NCBI GenBank assembly: GCA_963769025.1
Contig: CAVYKI010000003.1
Span: forward strand, 1-64,000
Direction: 5' to 3'
From: an uncultured Verrucomicrobiae bacterium
Lineage (GTDB): Bacteria > Verrucomicrobiota > Verrucomicrobiia > Chthoniobacterales > Chthoniobacteraceae
DNA length: 64,000 bases
The notes below the pieces were generated by a model. It ran no database searches. It saw only the letters and a list, made by a program, of their open reading frames with translations, and was not told the DNA's origin. Position 1 is the first letter of the stretch; the number at the start of each line of letters is the position of its first letter. This document shows, piece after piece, positions 9,001 to 19,900 of this stretch. The position numbers were made by a program, and so were the translations under genes.

Positions 9001-10170
9001 GGGGCACTCGAACTCCAAGGAGGGCTCGCCATGGGTGCGGAAACGCTGGAGCTTTACGGCAGCGGCATCAGCGGCGGCGGCGCATTCCGCAATGTGAGCG
9101 GCAACAACTCGTGGGCTGGCAACGTCACGCTCAAGGCCGCCGCCACCATCGCCAGCGATTCCGGCACCCTGACGATCGGCGGCAACATCAACACCGGCGT
9201 CTTTGCCGGGACTTTCTCCGGCGCAGGCGATGTCACCGCCAGCGGGGTGGTCAGCGGCACCGGCAGCCTGACCAAGAGCGGCGCGGGCATCCTGACCTTG
9301 TCGGGGGTGAACACCTTCAGCGGCGGCGCGACGATCAATGGCGGCACCGTCGCCGTGAACAGCGCCAGCAGCCTCGGCGCGGCCGGCGTGGCGGCCACCA
9401 TCAACTCCGGCACGCTGCGGGCCACCGAGACCTTCACCACGTCGCGCAATCTCACCCTCGGCTCAGCCGGCAGCACCATCGAGGCGGACGCCACCAAGAC
9501 GCTCACCGCGACCGGCGTGCTGAGCGGCTCGGGCGGCCTGACCAAGACGGGCGCTGGCACGCTCACGCTCAGTGGCGCGGCGGCGAACACCTTCAACGGA
9601 GCCACAACCGTCAGCGCAGGCACCCTCTCGGCGAATGCCGACGGCGCATTGGGCAGCACGACAAAGGTCACCATCAACACCGGCGGCACGGTGCTGATGG
9701 GCGTGAGCACTCCCGGCAGCAACCGCATCAGCGACACCGCGGAGATTGCGCTCGCCGGCGGCACGTTCAACACCGGCGGCTTCAGCGAGACCGTCGGGAA
9801 GATGACGCTCAGCGGCAATTCCACGTTCGATTTTGGCGCAGGGGCCAGCCAGATGACCTTCGATGGCGCCAGCAGCCTCGGCAGTTCCACGCTCACGGTG
9901 CTGAACTGGACCGGCACTCCCCTCACCTCTGGCGGAACGGACCGGCTGATTTTCAACAACTCGTCGTTCACCGCCGGAACCGGCACCAGCCAAGTGCAGT
10001 TCAACATCGGCGGCAGCTTTTACAGCGGCACCTTCATCAGCCTCGGCGGCACCAGCCTGGAGCTTGTCCCCGTCCCCGAGCCCGCCACCCTCTTCGGCGC
10101 CGGCGCCCTCGTGCTCGCCATCGCATGGCGCGAGCGCAGGCTCTTCGCCCGGCTGTTGCAGAGGGTCTGA
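6037..10170 (+). CDS. PEP-CTERM surface protein with autotransporter-associated beta-strand repeats
   Basis: Signal peptide (..AQA-ATITWDGGG), many beta-strand repeats, C-terminal VPEPATLFGAGALVLAIAWRERR. Confidence 0.92.
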   Translation: MSAPCPSRNRLAGVLLALLLLCGGHRAQAATITWDGGGTNVKWDTLLNWDTDALPLTTDTVQFGSGFASGTAIDLNGNRTADSLIISTTTGISITNNNLTLSTGNITRNDVAGTEADQTISSKVVLGANGTWSIAGSGSLIVSGVVSGSFSLTKTDVGTLFLSGVNTYTGGTVINAGTVAVNNISSLGNTSGGLTINAGTLQVITGFTSTRVITLGDVASTILVDPAQTYTVSSAIGGAGTLNKTGTGTLTLTGTNTYTGGTVINDGTVAVNSSASLGNTSGGLTINAGTLQVTTGFTSTRVITLGDAASTILVNASQTYTVSSAIGGTGTLNKTGTGTLTLTGTNTYTGGTVINAGTVAVNSSTSLGNTSGGLTINAGTLQVTTGFTSTRLITLGDAASTIQVDPSQTYSMSGAIGGTGTLNKTGTGTLNLSGNNTFSGGVTLSTGTVGIGHNAALGTGTLTLTGGITIQASGGARTVSNAVTLAGNFSIGGSNDLTFGGAATLTGNRTITVDSTGTTTFSGAIGQNAAGRSLTKAGTGTLVLSGSNSYSGATTINAGVVNIRNANGLGTTAGGATVASGAALELQGGIAVGAQALTLNGTGIAGGGALRNVSGDNSWAGTVTLGSSFTISSDAGTLTISGTVNTGGSAANTVTYGGAGNHISSGVITNSGGVTKIGTGTLTLTGSTANTYTGDTAVNEGILFLDVSAINGAIVDTLTIGDGIGGEKADVVRYLRNTQINSGGGTGIVLKSSGWLDLNDYSDTVKFTSLDGGWITTGTGTLTLASNLTVLGTAGMTTYITGKLNLGGNRTFTVNDGAADVDMLVSAVVSGANSLNKSGAGTLVLSGANTYSGQLTLTSGTLVLGHDSATGTGIFKIGAGTILATGGARTISNTLDLDQNFILGGSLDLTFSGNAVLGRDIIITTTNTGTSTFSGAISGGLKLYKDGPGMLILSGANSQAETYVNAGVLNIRSVGALGSNKKTVVYSGGALELQGGLAMGAETLELYGSGISGGGAFRNVSGNNSWAGNVTLKAAATIASDSGTLTIGGNINTGVFAGTFSGAGDVTASGVVSGTGSLTKSGAGILTLSGVNTFSGGATINGGTVAVNSASSLGAAGVAATINSGTLRATETFTTSRNLTLGSAGSTIEADATKTLTATGVLSGSGGLTKTGAGTLTLSGAAANTFNGATTVSAGTLSANADGALGSTTKVTINTGGTVLMGVSTPGSNRISDTAEIALAGGTFNTGGFSETVGKMTLSGNSTFDFGAGASQMTFDGASSLGSSTLTVLNWTGTPLTSGGTDRLIFNNSSFTAGTGTSQVQFNIGGSFYSGTFISLGGTSLELVPVPEPATLFGAGALVLAIAWRERRLFARLLQRV
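6526..7335 (+). repeat. Three near-identical 270-bp intragenic tandem repeats
   Basis: aacacctccggcggcctcacgatcaatgc recurs at 6601, 6871 (one mismatch) and 7141. Confidence 0.9.
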
Positions 10171-10370
10171 CGGTCGCACGCGCAGACCCATGCCACTGAA
10201 GCAGGAATGGCTGATCGGCGCCTATTTAAGGTACGCGGTGTGCTTTCCTGGAATTATGATGGACGTGCGTCCGACATCCCAAATCCCTGCAAGCACCGCT
10301 GCTCCCTTCCCCGCAGCCGCGCGAAATTTTCTTTCCGATCCAGACGGTAGACCGAAAGGCATGGAAGGCC

Positions 10371-13300
10371 ATGAACGCGGCTGACGGCGTTTTTCACCGC
10401 CTCGCCCCGCGCTCATGGAGGCGGGCGAGGCAGCGATCGATGGCATTCGGGATTCTGGTGCTTTCGCTCGTCGCCGCGCCAGTCGCCCCGGCGACGGATC
10501 GGTTTTGGACGGGGGCCGCGGGCACCGACTGGGGCACCAATGGGAACTGGGACACCGGCTCACCGTCGGCGGACGACGTCGGAGTTTTCAACAGCACGTT
10601 CACCAACCAGCCGAGTCTCGGCAATAACAAGAGTGCCGGCGGCGTGTGGATGACCGACGGCATCGGCCAGAACGTGAGCGTTTCCGGAACCTTCCAGCTA
10701 TCGTTGAGCGGCACCTCGATCAACGGGACCGCGGGCCTCGGAATCCTCGTGGATAACGCCAACGCCTACACGCTTTCGTTCAATGGTCCCACCATCAAGG
10801 TCGCCGGGGACCAGGCTTGGCGGAACAATTCCGGCAACCTTCTCACGATCGGCGGCGCAGGTGTGGACATCAATGGCAAGGCGCTCACGATCGACGGCAC
10901 CGGAAACACGCTGGTGACCGCCGTCCTGAGCAATTCCGGTGCGTTCACCAAGGCCGGCACCGGCACGCTCACACTGAGCGGCACCAACACCTACACCGGC
11001 ACGACCACGGTAAGCGCGGGAGTCCTGAACATTCAAAACGCAGGTGCGCTCGGCGTTGCCGCCGCGGGCACGACCGTGGGCAGCGGGGCGACCTTGCAAC
11101 TGCAGGGAGGAATCACCGTGGGTGCCGAGGCGCTGAACATCACCGGCACCGGCGCGGGCGGCCAGACCGGCGCGCTCGTGAACGTGAGCGGCACGAACAA
11201 CTACGGAGGGCTGCTGACGCTGGCTGGCGCGACGACGCTATCCTCCGACAGCGGCACGCTGAACCTCACCAACGCCGGCACGATCACCGGCGCGACTTTC
11301 GGGCTGACGCTGGCCGGGGCCGGCAATGGAACCATCTCCGGCATCATCGGCACGACCAGCGGCACCCTCACGAAGGCCGGCGCGGGAACGTGGACAATTT
11401 CCGCGGCGAACACCTACACGGGCCTTACCACCGTGAACGCCGGAACACTGCGGTATGGCGCGAGCAACGTCATCAGTTCCGGGGCGGTCACCGTCAATGG
11501 CGCGACCGCGAACCTGGATCTTGTCGCCAACCAGACCGACACCGTCGGCACGGTGACGCTGGCCGGAGGCGGCAGCATCACCGGCACGGGCACGTCGGCA
11601 CTCACAAGCACCGGCACGTTTGAAATGCAGAGCGGATCGGCCAGCGCGATCCTCACCGGCACGGGCATCGTCCTGAACAAGACGACCACCGGGACCGTCA
11701 CGCTTTCCGGGGCGAATGGTTACACCGGCGCGACCGCCATCAGCGCAGGCATCCTGAACATTCAAAACGGCACGGGCTTGGGGACGACGGCGGCAGGCAC
11801 GACCGTGAGCAGCGGAGCGACCTTGCAACTGCAGGGCGGAATCACCGTGGGTGCCGAAGCGCTGAACATCAACGGCAGCGGAGCGGGCGGCCAGACCGGC
11901 GCGCTCGTGAACGTGGGCGGCACGAACAACTACGGAGGCCTGATCACGCTGGCGGGTGCGACCATGGTTTCCTCCGACAGCGGCACGCTGAACCTCACCA
12001 ACGCCGGCACCATCTCCGGCGCGACTTTCGGGCTGACGCTGGCTGGCGCGGGCAATGGAACCGTCTCAGGCATCATCGGCACGACGAGCGGCACCCTCAC
12101 GAAGACCGGCGCGGGGACGTGGACACTTTCCGTGGCAAATACCTATACCGGCGCGACGACGGTTTCTGGGGGCATCCTCGCGGTCGGTGTGAATGACGCA
12201 TTGGGCACCGCCGCGAGCGGCACGACCGTGAACAGCGGCGGCACGCTGCGCCTGCAGGCCGGCCTCAATTACACCACGGCGGAGGCATTGGCGATCCACG
12301 GCACCGGCTCCGGGGGCGTCGGCGCGCTGACCACCTCGGGCGCGGGCACGACGACGTTTGCCGGGCAGGTCACGGTGGCCACGCATGCGCTCATCAGCTC
12401 CGGCGGCGGCACGCTGAATCTGAATGGCGGCGTGGTGAAAAACGGCACGACTGCGACCTTCACCGGCGGCGGCATCATCCACATCAACACGGTCGGGATC
12501 AGCGGCAGCAGCGCGAATTCCGATCTGGTCGTGGACGGCACCACGCTGGTGCTCAATGTCGCCAACTCCTACAACGGCCCGACGACCGTGCTGAACAGCG
12601 GCGTGCTGCAACTCGGCGCATCGAATGTGTTGCCCACGTCCCCGCAGACGGCCCTCACGCTCAATTCCAGCGGCGTCTTTGATCTGGCGTCCTTCAACGA
12701 CTCCGTGGCCTCGCTCGCCGGCGAGGCGACCGGCTTGGTCCGGAACAGCACGGCGAGCACCACCAGCACGCTGACGGTCAATCCCGCCAGCGGCTCGACG
12801 ACCTTTGCCGGAACCATCGCCGGCACGGGCGGCGGCAACGGCGACATCACGCTGATCAAGACCGGCGCGGGGACACTTTCACTCTCCGGAACGAACACGT
12901 ACTCCGGCACGACCACCGTCAACGCGGGCATCCTGCAGACGGCGGGCACCGGCGCGTTCAACGGCACGGCGGGCTTGCTCATCCAGACCGGCGGTGCGGT
13001 GCAGAACACCTCGGGCAACCACTACGGCGCGGGCTTCTATTCCGGCTCCAGCCGCACGGCCACGGTGACCGGCAGCGGCTCGCAATGGACGAGCACCACC
13101 GCGCTCTACGTCGGCGGCACGGGCACCGGGAACCAGCTCGTGGTCAGCAGCGGTGGCGGAGTCGTCACCGCAGGCGCGGGGCTGGGCTTTTCCGCGGGCG
13201 GTAACGGAAATACAGCGCTCATCACGGGCACCGGCTCGCTTTGGACGAACACCGGCTCATTTTACGTCGGCATCAGCGGGTCCACGAATTCGCTGACCAT

Positions 13301-14979
13301 CTCCAACGGAGGACAGACTTTCAAACAGCGGCACGTCGCACATCGGCTTTCAAAGTGTCGCCAGCGGCAACACGGCGCTGGTGGATGGCACCGGCTCGCT
13401 GTGGAGCATGGGGCTCGACGTATTTGTCGGCAATGCGGGCGGCGGCAGCCAGCTCACCGTTTCCAATGGCGGCCAGGTCACCAACCGCGACGGCTGGATC
13501 GGTGCCGGGTCATTGAGCGTGGGTAACACCGTCACCGTCACCGGCACCGGTTCGCTCTGGACGAACAGCCGCGACATTCTCGTGGGCTCCTCCGGCACGA
13601 ACAACCAACTGACGATCAGCAGCGGCGGCTCCGTCTCTGCCGCCGGAACATTGTACGTCGGTCAGAATGCCGGTTCGGGCAACGTGCTGACCGTGACGAA
13701 CGGCACGCTGACGGTGACCAACGGCGGCGGCACCGGCGTGATGGACGTCCGCCGCGGCGACGTCATTTTCAATAGCGGAACCATCACCGCCGACTCGCTG
13801 CTCGTGAATACCGGGGCGACCGGCACGTTCACTTTCAATGGCGGCACGCTGACCACCGGCGCCACCACCGTGGCGAACGGCTCGGCCTTTGCCGTGGGCA
13901 ATGGCACGTCCGGCGCGGTCTTCAACGTCGGCGGCTCCGGCGCGCACAGTTTCGCGAACGGACTGACCGTCAGCAACAACGCGCGCGCGGTGCTGACGAA
14001 CGGCAACGTCTCCGCGGCACCGGGCGTCGCCGTGAATTCCGGCGGCGCGGTCGAATTGCAAAACAACATTTCCGTGTCAGCCGCGCTGATGCTGAACGGC
14101 ACGGGCATTTCCGGCGGCGGCGCGTTGCGCAACATCAGCGGGAACAACACGTGGAGCGGCGCGACCACACTCGGCTCCGCGGGCACCATCGCCTCCGATG
14201 CCGGCACGCTCACGCACAGCGGCACGCTGGCGAACGGCGGCTTCACTGCGACATACACCGGCGCGGGAAACGTCACGGCAACTGGCGTCATCAGCGGCAG
14301 CGGCGGCGTGGCCAAGACCGGAGCCGGCACGTTCACCCTCGACGGCGCCTCGGCCAACACCTTCACCGGAAACACCACCGTGAGCGGCGGCACGCTCGCC
14401 GCAAACGCCGACGGCGCGCTCGGCAGCACGGCAATGGTCACCATCAACACTGGCGGCACGGTGCTGATGGGGGTGAGCACGGCCGGCAGCAATCGCATCG
14501 GCAACGCCACGGAGATCGCGCTCGCCGGAGGCACGTTCAACACCGGCGGCTTCAGCGAGACCGTCGGGAAGATGACGCTCAGCGCAAACTCGACATTCGA
14601 TTTCGGCGCAGGCACGAGCCATTTCACCTTCGACGGTGCCAGCAGCCTCGGCAGTTCCACGCTCACGGTGCTCAACTGGACGGGCGTCAAAAACCAGAGC
14701 GGCGGGACGGACCAGTTGATCTTCACCAACTCGTCGTTCACCGCCGGGAGCACCACCAGCCAGGTCCAGTTCAATATCGGCGGCACCTTTTACGGCGGCA
14801 CCTTCATCAGCCTCGGCGGCACGAGTCTGGAACTGGTCCCCGTCCCCGAACCGGCCACCATCTTCGGCGCGAGCCTTCTCGTGATCGCAATCGGCTGGCG
14901 CGAGCGCCGGCGCCTCTCACCGCTGCTTCGGAAAGTCGCCGGCAGCCCTGCCCCGGGGGCTTCAGCGATCCGGGACTGA
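10371..14979 (+). CDS. PEP-CTERM surface protein with autotransporter-associated and T5SS/PEP-CTERM-associated repeats; apparent +1 frameshift near 13320
   Basis: ORFs 10371..13526 and 13381..14979 join (GGQT-SNSGTSHIGFQSVASGNTALVDGTGSLW) if one base is removed at cagactttcaaac. C-terminal VPEPATIFGASLLVIAIGWRERRR. Start may be 10440. Confidence 0.85.
10970..12150 (+). repeat. Intragenic duplication of ~450 bp with a 729-bp offset
   Basis: ccttgcaactgcaggg.ggaatcaccgtgggtgccga at 11092 and 11821. Confidence 0.8.
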
Positions 14980-16884
14980 CATTCCCGGCGACGGCGCTCG
15001 CGGTACGAACCGCGGATCGAGTTCCCGGGCACGGTGTTCAAACGCGCTGCGCCGTGCCGCGTCGCACTCCGCGGCGGCGGGCGCGATGCCGGCGATGCGC
15101 TCGCGGGCCTCGGCGGCGGGCGCGCGCAGGAACCAATCCACCTGGAGCGCCGGGCGGAGCGCCGCGAGTTCGAGCAGGCGTGCGCGAAACGCCGGGTCGC
15201 CGGACCGCGCGCCCAGCATCGTCGAATAATGACCCGCGACATCGGGTCCGTCCGCACGCTCCAGTGCGTCGCTCCACGCCGCGAGCGCGAGCTCGGGCTG
15301 CGTCCGCACCCAGAACCACCCTTCCGCCATCGGTATGGCGACGAAATGCGGCTCGAGCATCCGAGCGCGGCGGAAGTCCGCGACGGCCTCCACGAGGTGC
15401 CCGGTGTTCGCGAGCGCTCCGGCTCGCGTGAAATACGGACGCCATGCGAGCGGCGCACGTTCGATCGCGCGCGTCGCACGCGCCGCGGCTTCGGCGAACT
15501 TCCCCCGCCCTGCCAGTTCCTCCGCGCGCGACGCATGATCCGGCACATTCATCCACCACGCCGCGCACGCCACGAGCGCGAGCCCGGTGGCGCGCCAGAG
15601 GATCGGTGCGACGCGTGATTCCGCGGCCTCGTCCCGATCGCGCCGCGCGAGCACCAGCACATACGTCGCGGCGAGCACGGAGCCGAGCCGGTGCCCGGGC
15701 ACATCGACGAACCCGTGAATCACCGCGGCCACCGCTGCCGCGGCCGCCGCGCTGCGAAGACGGCGTTGCGAATTGCGTTCGAGCGGCAGCGCGCCCGCGA
15801 GCGCGATCCCCACGGCCAGCAACGCCAGCGCCGCACCGGCCCAGCCGGCCTCCGCCACGAGCCAGAGCCAGTCGCTTTCCGGATGAATCACCACCGACTG
15901 CGTGATCGATTCCGCACGGAAAAACGGGAAGAGCGACTGGAAGTTTCCGAGCCCCGCGCCGCACCATGGCGAATCGGAAGCGAGCGCAAACGTGTCGGCC
16001 CAGATGCGAAACCGGAAATCCCCCGCCAGGATCGATCCGCTGGCGAATCGCCCCGCAATCGCGCCCCCCCAGATGAGGACACCCGACGCCGTGAGCACGA
16101 GCGCCGCCACTCCGAGCAGCAGGATTTTCCACGAGCGCCGGCTCCATGCGACCGCGGCATTCCAGAACACCAGCGCTCCGAAGAACATCAGCACCCCGCC
16201 GCGCGAGTAGCTCGCCGCGAGCCCCGCGAGGATGACGGCCGCCATGAGGATCCACGGCACCGTGCGCAGCTTGCTCCGCCGTGCCGCGTCGGCGGCGCAT
16301 CCCACGGCGAGCACGCCGCCAAGCGCGAGGACATGCGCGGTGTGGTTTCGGTTTGGAAACGGCCCGAGCCCCGAGTCCCCCAGCCACCCCGGCATCCGCC
16401 ACCCGGTGAACCATTCGACGACGACGAGGATCGCCAGCACGGCGACGCCGCCCACGAGGCAGCGCGCACCGATCCGCCGGGTCGCATCGCCCCACGGGCT
16501 CGCCATCAGCCAGCCGGTCCACGCGATGCCCGCTGCGAGCAAAAGCAACGCTTCGAGAGTCAGCCGCGGCTGTGGTGAGAGTGTCGCCGGCAACGCGATG
16601 CCTGCGATCTCGACCGGCGCGCGCCATGAGGGGACGCCAAATTTGTCCGCCGGGAAAAAACCCGCGGCACCGAGCATGAGCAGCCCCAGCGCCGCGACGC
16701 ACCAGCCTCGCCCAGGCAGCACCGGTGGCGGCGAGAGCAGCAGCAGCATGCCGATCACCGCGATGACGAGCGCCTGCGCGAAGCGTTCCGTCGCCCCACC
16801 CGCCAGCACCGCGGCGAGCACGAGGAGCGGCACGAACGCAGGAGCCCGCACCACGGGGAACGAGGCTGTGCGTGCGTCTTGCAT
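14962..16884 (-). CDS. O-antigen ligase (Wzy_C) family membrane protein with C-terminal TPRs
   Basis: Multiple TM helices; motifs GPFPNRNH, SYSRGG, RFRIW...PWCGAGLGNF, HPESDWL; TPR-like C-terminus. Confidence 0.88.
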   Translation of the reverse strand: MQDARTASFPVVRAPAFVPLLVLAAVLAGGATERFAQALVIAVIGMLLLLSPPPVLPGRGWCVAALGLLMLGAAGFFPADKFGVPSWRAPVEIAGIALPATLSPQPRLTLEALLLLAAGIAWTGWLMASPWGDATRRIGARCLVGGVAVLAILVVVEWFTGWRMPGWLGDSGLGPFPNRNHTAHVLALGGVLAVGCAADAARRSKLRTVPWILMAAVILAGLAASYSRGGVLMFFGALVFWNAAVAWSRRSWKILLLGVAALVLTASGVLIWGGAIAGRFASGSILAGDFRFRIWADTFALASDSPWCGAGLGNFQSLFPFFRAESITQSVVIHPESDWLWLVAEAGWAGAALALLAVGIALAGALPLERNSQRRLRSAAAAAAVAAVIHGFVDVPGHRLGSVLAATYVLVLARRDRDEAAESRVAPILWRATGLALVACAAWWMNVPDHASRAEELAGRGKFAEAAARATRAIERAPLAWRPYFTRAGALANTGHLVEAVADFRRARMLEPHFVAIPMAEGWFWVRTQPELALAAWSDALERADGPDVAGHYSTMLGARSGDPAFRARLLELAALRPALQVDWFLRAPAAEARERIAGIAPAAAECDAARRSAFEHRARELDPRFVPRAPSPGMSVPDR

Positions 16885-16958
16885 GGTTGCCCGGGACTCA
16901 ACCACAGCGGGCGCTCGCAACACCACCCGCAATTCGCAAAACCGCCGCGGCCGCCGCC

Positions 16959-19900
16959 TCAGTAACCGCCGGGCGCACCCTGCGCGCCGAGCAGTTCGCC
17001 GCCGTATTTCACGTTGCCGAGGATCAGCGGATTGCGCATGCCGAGATCGCCGAGCAGCGGCGCGGCCTCGCTCTCGCGGATGTTTTTCACCTCCTCGAAG
17101 AAGAAATGGCCCGCACTGAGCGCAGGCGCGAAATAGGTGCGCAGGTTGTGTCCGACCGGATCGGACAGACTGTAGAAGGCGCTCGATTGCGTGATCTGCA
17201 CGCTGTTCGGGTAGTCGCGGATCACGGTCGTCGGGAATGTGGCGAGCCAGTTTCCGCCCGCATCCACGATGACGGTCTGCGTGCCGATCATCTCGCCGTT
17301 CGCATTGTAGAGCGAGAGGACGAGCGTGGAGCCGGGGTCCGCTTCGCCGCTGTAAATCGGCGCGAGCGGGAGCAGGGGCAGACGGTAAGGATCCGTGCCG
17401 TGGACGATGTAGTTCTCCAGATCCGATCGATCCTTGGTCGCGAAGTTGTTGAACGAATCGAATGCAAAGGTGAACGGCTTCAGCCTGACCTCGTCGCGCA
17501 GTTCGTAATCATTCAGGCCGCCACCGCCGTAGAGGCTGTCGCCGGCGCGCCGCTCCACCGGTGAATCACCGGGCAGGCTGGTCCACGTCACATCGGCTGC
17601 GTTCACGAGCGTGCCGCCATTCCCGGCGCCGGCGGTCACCTTCACCCGGTAGGTGATGACGATCTCCCCGCCGACCGGGATGTCGAACTGCCCGCTGAGC
17701 GCGCCATTCGCATCCGATGTCGCGGCCTGCGTGATGACCGCGCCGCCGGTCGCACCCGTAGTGATGCTCTCGATTTGCAGCCCCGCTGGCAGAACGTCCG
17801 AGAAAACGGTTTCCCACGCGGTCGCATTGCTGCCGGTCGCGTGGCCGATCGTGACGGTGAATGTGAGGATGTCGTCTTGCGCGGGAGTCGTGGAGCCGCT
17901 GACGAGTTGCTTGTCGAGGAACAGGATCGGCTCGGCGACGGCCGCCTGCGCGGGATTCGAGACGATGTCCACCGGCGGCGGTTCGGGCGTGCCGTTGCCA
18001 TCGAGGTCGAAGAGCAGCCGGAATGTGTTGTCGAGCGGCGTGCCGAGGCGGTTCGCGGGGATGTTCTCCACGCGCGCGTTGAACTCGATCACGGCGTACT
18101 GGCCGCCGGGGACGTTCGTCTCGGTGTTCGTGAGATTGCCGAGTTTGAAATACACATCCGTGCCGCTCCCGTATGCGTCCACGTCGCTGAGGAGATTCGA
18201 GGAGATCGCCGAACCGGGCAGCACGAAGGTCGGCGCTGCGGCGGAACTGGTGCCGCCGAGGCCGGGGCCCGCGAGCGTGCTCGATGTGACCGCGCTGCCG
18301 CTGAGCGACACCAGCGAGACCGTCGCGGTGCCGTCATTGAGGAACACGAGACCCGCGGGCAGCACGTCCTGGAGGACCGTGCTCGGCAGCGTGCCATCCG
18401 GCAGCGACACGATGAGGTGGTAGCGCACCACTTCACCGATGCTCAGGTTGGATCCCGCCGTGCCCGGATTGCTCGTCGAGGCGATCGTCTTCGCGGGATC
18501 AAACGGGAAGATTTCCGCAAACGTGTAGCCCGCCGCATTCGTGCCGGAGCCGACGGTAATGCCGCCGATCACGTCATTCGCCGCGAGCGTGCCGCCTGCG
18601 CTGCCGACGGTTTCATCCCCGTCGTCGTAGCCGGATGGCTGCGTCTCGGTGACGACGTAGGTGCCCGGGCGCAGCGCGCCGAAGGAATACATGCCGGCGC
18701 CGTTCGTCGTCGTGGCGACGTTCACCGTTCCACCGAGATCATCGGTGCCGGTGAGCGTTACCGTCACACCGATGAGGCCGGAGTCGGAGCCGTTGAAAGA
18801 GCCGTCGAGATTGAAATCCTGGAACACCAATCCACTGATGCTCGCCGGCTGCAATTCGCCAAAGTTGTATCCCGCAGCCGTGGTATTCGCATTCAGCAGC
18901 ACCACGCCGGTGATCACGTCGCTCGGCGGATTGTTCACCGTCGTCCCGCCCGCGGTGCCGACGGCATTTTTGCCATCGAGCAAACCCGCCGGCTGCGTCT
19001 CCGTGACCGTGTAACCCGCGCCATTGCTCGGACGCAGCCCGAGGAAGCCGTAACTGCCGTCGCCGAGCGTGAGCGTCGTGAGATTCACGGCAGCGCCCAG
19101 ATCGTCGATGCCCGTGAGCGCGACAGTCACGCCGCCCTGTCCGCTTTCGCCAAGGTCAAAGATCCCGTCGTTGTCGGTGTCGATGAACACGAATCCGCTC
19201 AACGACGAAGGCACCAGTTCACCGAAGGTGTAGCCGGTTCCATTCTGCGCGGGTGCCACGTTGATGGCGCTGATCACATCGTTCACCGCCGTGCTTCCGC
19301 CGAGCGTGCCCGCCGTGTCGATGCCGTCGAGGAATGCCCCCGGCTGCGTCTCGGTGATCGTGTAGGTGCCGGGCCGCAGCGTGCCGAAGCTGTACGAGCC
19401 ATCGCCGAGCGTCACCGTGGTCAAGTTGACCGCAGTGCTCAGATCATCCGTGCCACTGAGTGTCACCGTCACAACGCCAACGCCCGCCTCCCCTACGCCC
19501 TGCGCGCCGTCATTGTTCAGGTCGCTGAAGACCACGCCGCTGAGCGAGGAAGGCGTGAGTTCGCCGAAGCGATTGTCCGCCCCGGACTGCCCCGCGCCGA
19601 GCACGATGCCGCTGATGACATCATTAACCACCGTGCTGCCGCCGAGCGTGCCTGCCGTGTCGATGCCGTCGAGGAAGCCCGCAGGCGTCGTCTCCGTGAT
19701 CGTGTAAGTGCCGGGCCGAAGATTGCCGAAGCTGAAAGTCCCATCCGCCAGCGTCGAGAGCGTCGCGCTCAAGGCATTTCCGCGATCGTCGGTGCCGCTG
19801 AGCGCCACGGTGGCATTCAAAATCCCGCTCTCGCCGGGGTCCACATTGCCGTCGTTGTCGCGGTCGTCGAAGACGATTCCGTTCAGCGCAGCCGGCGCGA

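Noticed and set aside
1551..14910. Possible DGR template/variable repeat pairs among near-identical C-termini or the duplicated A genes
   Set aside because: All copies lie in intact coding frames, the differences do not look adenine-specific by eye, and no reverse transcriptase is in the window.
9..14979. Classical type V autotransporters
   Set aside because: There is no C-terminal beta-barrel; all three proteins end in PEP-CTERM sorting signals.
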